Shown: positions 59,375 to 64,000 of the stretch, one piece after another
Position numbering within the stretch: the first letter of the stretch is position 1
How the letters are laid out: every line of letters begins with the position of its first letter
Source of the DNA: Candidatus Hermodarchaeota archaeon
GTDB taxonomy: Archaea > Asgardarchaeota > Lokiarchaeia > Sigyniarchaeales > SOKP01
Length of the DNA stretch: 64,000 bases
Assembly: GCA_048885525.1 (NCBI GenBank)
Contig: JBHLLP010000002.1
Location: 75,114-139,113, forward strand
Direction: 5' to 3'
Notes under the pieces: model-generated
Seen by the model: only the letters and a program-made list of their open reading frames with translations
Told to the model about the DNA's origin: nothing
Database searches by the model: none
Program-made: the position numbers and the translations under genes

Positions 59375-60991
59375 TTATAGACTTGATATAACTCTTCTTA
59401 AATTATTTATTCTCGAAGTTATGCTATCTAATTTTGCTCGGAGTTCCTCACTTTTATTCTCATATTCTTTATCATCGATAGAACCAGTATTATAACTTTT
59501 TTCTATTTCATTTAAGTTTTTTTCTAATGAATATCGTTTACCCTCAAGAGCAATTAATTCTTGATACAATGAATCTTTATCTTTAGGTAATTCTTCAGGA
59601 ATAAATGTTTCAGATTCATTGTAATTAAGCGTGTCAGGTTTTGATCTACTAAACTCAACAAATGGTGTTGCGTCAGATTTTGCTCCAACTTCCTTTTCTT
59701 CTTTTTTCTTCTTTTTCTTTTCTTTTGTTGGTAATTCCTCAGAAGTTTCATCTAATTCTTGTATTGTTTCAGTTGTTTTTTCTCCAACTGATGAAAAAAC
59801 ATTGAATAATTCAGTTCCAGTAGAGCGTATTGATTCTGTTTCAATTTCTTCTATACTAACTGAAGTAATTGTAGGTTTTACAGTGATCTCTGGTTTTTTA
59901 ATAGCTTTAGGCTCTTTAATAGCAAATGGTACTTCTTTTTCTTCTTCTGAGACGTTTATCTCTATAATTTGAGATGCTTTTAACTTTTTATTTGGTTTTT
60001 CGGGCATTGCAGTAAATGTGGGTGTTTCTGTGAGTTTTTTAGATTTTTCAGATTCATTAAAGATTCTAGCGATTGATTCAGGTTTTTCTGGCAATTCTGA
60101 AATCATTTTTGATATTTGGTCATCCTGAGATTTATCTGATTCATCCAAGATATCCAATATTGATTCGGGTTTCTTAAAAGGTTTGGAAGTGATTTTTGGT
60201 TCAGGTATTTTAGGGATAAGTTCTAAATCTTCAGATTTTGGAATCTGTGTTGTTTCAATCTCTGGTTTTTTTTTAAAAATAGATGGAGTTTTTAATTTAT
60301 CTAATTCCTCTTCAATTTTTATTTGCACTTGTTTCATTGATGTCACTCCGACCTTTTCTATAGGTTTTTCTGCTTTATGCTCAATAGGTGCTTTAATTTG
60401 AGGTGCCTTCTCAGGTTTTTTTATACTCGGAATTTTAATTTTTGGTGGAGGTAACTTAACGTCTTTTTTAGGTGTAATTGTTTTTATTACTTTCATTTGA
60501 GAAACTTTCTTAAGAGTTTCATCCTTCTTTTCTAATTCGATTTTTAAACCATCAATCTCATGTTTAAGATCATCAATCTCTCCTTTAAATTGTTCAGAAA
60601 CCTTACCAACAATTTCATCAATATCAATGCTGGCTTTTTCTAGATCCTTTCTTAGTTTAGTAGTAGGAAATTCTTTATATTCATCTTTAAGGGGAATTTC
60701 TGGTAGTTCTTCAGTTATACTGATTATTTTATGAATAAATTCTGGTAATTCAGATTCAACGAACCAGAGTTCCAGAGTATCCCATTTTTCTAATTTATTT
60801 AAAGTATCTTCAAGTAAGTCAATATTAGATACTACTTGAACAGAATTTAATAATTTTAATGTTTGAATTTTGTCTATTAATTTGCCCCGGGCTTCAATTT
60901 CATCATCTGGAGTTGGTTCTTGCTGAGTCAGGAATAGATAAATTTCCTTAATTTCTTTAATAATTGACTCGAACTTTTCTTCTTCACTCAT
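59375..60991 (-). CDS. Coiled-coil / Pro-Glu-Lys-rich disordered protein with a C-terminal steadiness-box-like helical hairpin
   Basis: Helical N-domain, heptads around aa 120-165, long low-complexity linker, C-terminal LYQELIAL...GSID. Confidence 0.7.
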   Translation of the reverse strand: MSEEEKFESIIKEIKEIYLFLTQQEPTPDDEIEARGKLIDKIQTLKLLNSVQVVSNIDLLEDTLNKLEKWDTLELWFVESELPEFIHKIISITEELPEIPLKDEYKEFPTTKLRKDLEKASIDIDEIVGKVSEQFKGEIDDLKHEIDGLKIELEKKDETLKKVSQMKVIKTITPKKDVKLPPPKIKIPSIKKPEKAPQIKAPIEHKAEKPIEKVGVTSMKQVQIKIEEELDKLKTPSIFKKKPEIETTQIPKSEDLELIPKIPEPKITSKPFKKPESILDILDESDKSQDDQISKMISELPEKPESIARIFNESEKSKKLTETPTFTAMPEKPNKKLKASQIIEINVSEEEKEVPFAIKEPKAIKKPEITVKPTITSVSIEEIETESIRSTGTELFNVFSSVGEKTTETIQELDETSEELPTKEKKKKKKEEKEVGAKSDATPFVEFSRSKPDTLNYNESETFIPEELPKDKDSLYQELIALEGKRYSLEKNLNEIEKSYNTGSIDDKEYENKSEELRAKLDSITSRINNLRRVISSL

Positions 60992-61179
60992 GAATGATTT
61001 TTTAATAATTTAATTAAAGTATCTCTTAAATTTTGTTTCTAAATATTTAAAAACATTTCACTAATATATTTTTTTCCGATATCATTGGAAAGTGTATCTT
61101 GAAAATTAACCAACAGCATTGATTCTAAAAAGCCAAAAAACACTTAAATTTATATATTTCCCGAGTATAATTATATTCT

Positions 61180-62052
61180 ATGGTTGAATCCAATAAAGAA
61201 AATCAAATTTTAAAATTAAGAGATGGTCGCAAGCTAGGGTATGCTGAACTTGGAGATTTAAAGAGTTTACCCATTTTTCATTTCCATGGACATCCTGGAT
61301 CTCGTCTTTAAATTAAACTTTTTGGAGAAAAACCTAAAGAAAATGGAGTTCGTATAATAGGTATTGATCGGCCAGGATTTGGTCTTTCTGATTTTCAACA
61401 TAAACGCAGACTTTTAGATTGGCCAGATGATATTATCGAACTTGCTGATCACTTAGGACTGAATAAATTTGCTGTCATGGGGATATCAGGTGGAGGTCCT
61501 TATGCAGCTGTTTGTGCTTATAAAATTCCTCAAAGATTAACGTGTTGTGGTATAATTTCAGGGATTGGACCAATTAACTTCCCTAAAAAAGGTATGATGC
61601 TAGCGAATCGTATTGGTTTGTTTATTGGACGATGGTTACCTTTCCTCTTAAAAAGGATTACAAAAGCAGAAATGGAATTATTTGAAGACCCAAAATCAAT
61701 TGAAAAAATGGGTGAAATTTTACCCGAACCAGATAGAAAATTCTTGGATGATGACAAATTTTTAAAGACTTTTATTGAAGAATGTAAAGAAGGGTTCCGT
61801 TCTGGATTAGATGGTGCGGTCCTTGACAATAGGATATATTCAAAATCATGGGGTTTTGATTTAAATGAAATATCTCCAGATCTTCAAGTATATTTATGGC
61901 ATGGTGAACTAGATGTAAATGTTCCAATTTCTACGGGAAAGAAAATGTGTGAGTTAATACCAAATTGTAAAGGATACTTCTTTCCAAATGAGGCTCATTT
62001 TTCCATTTGTTTAAATCATATCGATGAAATTTTTGGAACTTTGAAATCTTAA
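61180..62052 (+). pseudogene. Alpha/beta hydrolase with in-frame TAA at codon 44 (61309-61311)
   Basis: MVESNKENQILKLRDGRKLGYAELG...FHGHPGSRL*IKLF...DRPGFGLS...GISGGGPY, continuous with track ORF 61477. Confidence 0.85.
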
Positions 62053-62056
62053 AGTC

Positions 62057-63088
62057 TTAATCCAAAGTGAATAATTCTTTATGTTTGAATTTCCCATCCT
62101 CTATAACCAATAAATCATCAAACCAAAGTGAGCAGTCCTTTATAATCCCATCTATATGACCATTTGATCTCCAATCTGCTCCAGTTAGTAATGGATGAGG
62201 GCTTCCAAAAGCAATATGAACCCCAGGAAATTTCTCGTCTTGGAGGAGATTACCGATAAATTTTTTAAGGTAAATATTAGTCCCACATGCAAATTCACCT
62301 ACTCGATTTGCATTCTCATCTTGCCTTAAATATTGCTTTAGTTCACCTAATAATTCTATATTTTCACATTCAATTTTATCAATTATCGCCCTTGAATCAT
62401 TAATAGGAATAGTAATGGGAGTATTCGATAAATCACCATATTTTGCACAAAAGAATTCACCTAAAGTGCCATCAACAATAATAACACCTTCTATTTTTTC
62501 TGGGCAAGTAAACGCTTCTCCAGCGGGTAAATTGCCAAACATACGTTTATACCATAATAATCCTGTATCAGGAACCCAATTTAGATGTTTTGAAAAATTG
62601 ACCTTTATATCCGTACCTTTTGGTGTTGTTAATTTTGCTATTTTAGATTTAAAGGCAATCCCAGTAATTAACAGAGTGAGTGAAGCTACTTTATAATAAT
62701 CTGCTTGCATACCAGATTTCATAATATCATTATTTATATTTGGCATGTGAATTTGTCTACCGGAGATTGTTGTTAACAAACTCAAAGGACCTCTGAATTT
62801 TTGTAGTTCTCCTGGTTTTGATTGTGCTGCAAAATAAGTAACATCACTAGTTTTAATATCTTTCTTTAGATACTTAGGAATAAATGTTAATGGTCTTTTA
62901 CCATAATCTTCTATAATATGAAAATTGACATTCTTTGTGATTTCCTCAGCAAATTTTTTAATAATCTCACCGATACTAATAGTTTCTTTATCTGTAATAA
63001 TAGTTGCTGTTTCTTTTGGTTGCAAACGTGAACATACTTCAACTATATTTTTTCCAGCATTTAATAAAAGATTATCCATTTTTGTCAT
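62057..63088 (-). CDS. Thermophilic metalloprotease (M29) / leucyl aminopeptidase
   Basis: HMP, GTD, NLPAGE, GEFACGTN, DEK..GVHIAFG, HID. Confidence 0.9.
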   Translation of the reverse strand: MTKMDNLLLNAGKNIVEVCSRLQPKETATIITDKETISIGEIIKKFAEEITKNVNFHIIEDYGKRPLTFIPKYLKKDIKTSDVTYFAAQSKPGELQKFRGPLSLLTTISGRQIHMPNINNDIMKSGMQADYYKVASLTLLITGIAFKSKIAKLTTPKGTDIKVNFSKHLNWVPDTGLLWYKRMFGNLPAGEAFTCPEKIEGVIIVDGTLGEFFCAKYGDLSNTPITIPINDSRAIIDKIECENIELLGELKQYLRQDENANRVGEFACGTNIYLKKFIGNLLQDEKFPGVHIAFGSPHPLLTGADWRSNGHIDGIIKDCSLWFDDLLVIEDGKFKHKELFTLD

Positions 63089-63382
63089 TTTGTTTGTTAT
63101 TATTTGAAGCTATATAAAATTCTAATATCAAAAATATATACAAACCAATAAATATTTTCTAAAATTTGAAGAATAATTATTTGGTAATACGTTCTTTGCG
63201 CAGTAACTTTTGAAGGCTTTGCTTTTTAGGGAATATCATCCCACAATATTAAAAGTAATAAGATACTCTGAAATTACGTTTCCATCCAAGTTTTCATTAA
63301 ATTTGGGATAAAAAATTAAAAAAAAGTAAGGATACTTCTATCCACTTATTTTTCAAAACAAGAATCTTTATTCATTTAAATA

Positions 63383-64000
63383 TTAAGCAGGTATAATGAA
63401 TGGAACGATCGTAAGGATAATTGTAATAAAAGTAATTAACTTAGATAAGAATCCAGCCTTGATTAATGGTGTTTCTATTACTTTAATGAGCAGTTGAATA
63501 TAATAGCTTTGAGCAGCATAATTTTCTGCGTTTTCATGTTTGTTTAAATCCTCCATTATTTTTTTTTTTAATTGCTCTTTTCTAATTCCAGCTTCTTTAA
63601 CATATACTAATATTGCCCAAATACCTAATACGAGAAAAAGAGTGGAGAATCCAAAATATATCAAGATAAAAATGCTTAGTACGTTGGCAACTTCAATAAA
63701 ACCTAAAAATATAAAAGAAAGAAAGAAATAACCGTAGACGAATTGTCCAGCGTAAAGAATATAGGGAGAAACGTTAGTAGAATTATAAATTAAGAGGGAA
63801 TTTTCTGTATGGGTAGTTCGGAATATCTGCCAGAATTCAACAATTGAACTTAGAAAAAAAGCAATGGTAAGTATAAGCATAAAAAAAAGAAGCAAGTCGA
63901 TGAAAAAATTGTCGATTAATAAGATAAAGATAATAGATAGAGCTATATTTATCAGTGGAATTAACACTTCAATAAGATCAATTATAGTAAATTTAGGAGT
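63383..64000 (-). CDS. Multi-TM hypothetical membrane protein, 5' end beyond the window
   Basis: Frame stays open from 63967 to 64000; several hydrophobic helices. Confidence 0.75.
   Translation of the reverse strand, partial: TPKFTIIDLIEVLIPLINIALSIIFILLIDNFFIDLLLFFMLILTIAFFLSSIVEFWQIFRTTHTENSLLIYNSTNVSPYILYAGQFVYGYFFLSFIFLGFIEVANVLSIFILIYFGFSTLFLVLGIWAILVYVKEAGIRKEQLKKKIMEDLNKHENAENYAAQSYYIQLLIKVIETPLIKAGFLSKLITFITIILTIVPFIIPA

Noticed and set aside
63130-63290. Possible decayed minus-strand gene fragment (..KVTAQRTYYQIIILQILEN..) faintly like the C-terminus of 63383-64000
   Set aside because: Interrupted by stops, and the similarity is too short to distinguish from chance
1351-63731. Many short antisense or overlapping ORFs in the track (for example 1351-1590, 2540-2815, 9608-9892, 42116-42325, 59631-59972, 61530-61829)
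   Set aside because: Shadow frames of well-supported genes, with F/S/I/L-rich composition and no motifs
1-64000. CRISPR array, tRNA/rRNA, IS or integrase
   Set aside because: No regularly spaced repeat-spacer units, cloverleaf consensus, long GC-rich RNA gene or transposase motif seen

Overview
Very AT-rich archaeal chromosomal segment, identified by TFB, TBP, aIF1/SUI1, a TFS-like zinc ribbon and archaeal GlmU/GlmM. Gene style suggests an Asgard archaeon, most likely Lokiarchaeia (inference, not tested). It holds about 58 protein genes and no recognisable rRNA, tRNA, CRISPR array or transposase. Main blocks: a transcription/translation-initiation cluster; a GT4/GH130 glycan operon; an amino-sugar cluster (glmU, a left-handed beta-helix (LbH) protein, glmS, nagB-like, glmM); an AGPS-like FAD oxidoreductase/GlpC-like/FGGY kinase operon; purC and purSQL; a PadR-Hsp20 pair; an orphan N6-adenine methyltransferase; nadE. 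Best leads: (1) a six-TM glycerophosphodiesterase resembling the metazoan GPI-anchor-cleaving GDE2/GDE3 family along its whole length; (2) repeated apparent ATA/ATC/ATT starts behind good Shine-Dalgarno motifs, including the start-fidelity factor aIF1 itself; (3) a two-TM protein with a fibrillarin/nucleolin-style RGG tail, paired with a CBS membrane protein; (4) a GC-rich three-helix RNA on the minus strand behind hsp20; (5) a steadiness-box-like C-terminus; (6) two genes interrupted by in-frame stops. All family assignments come from motif recognition and recalled sequences, not database searches.
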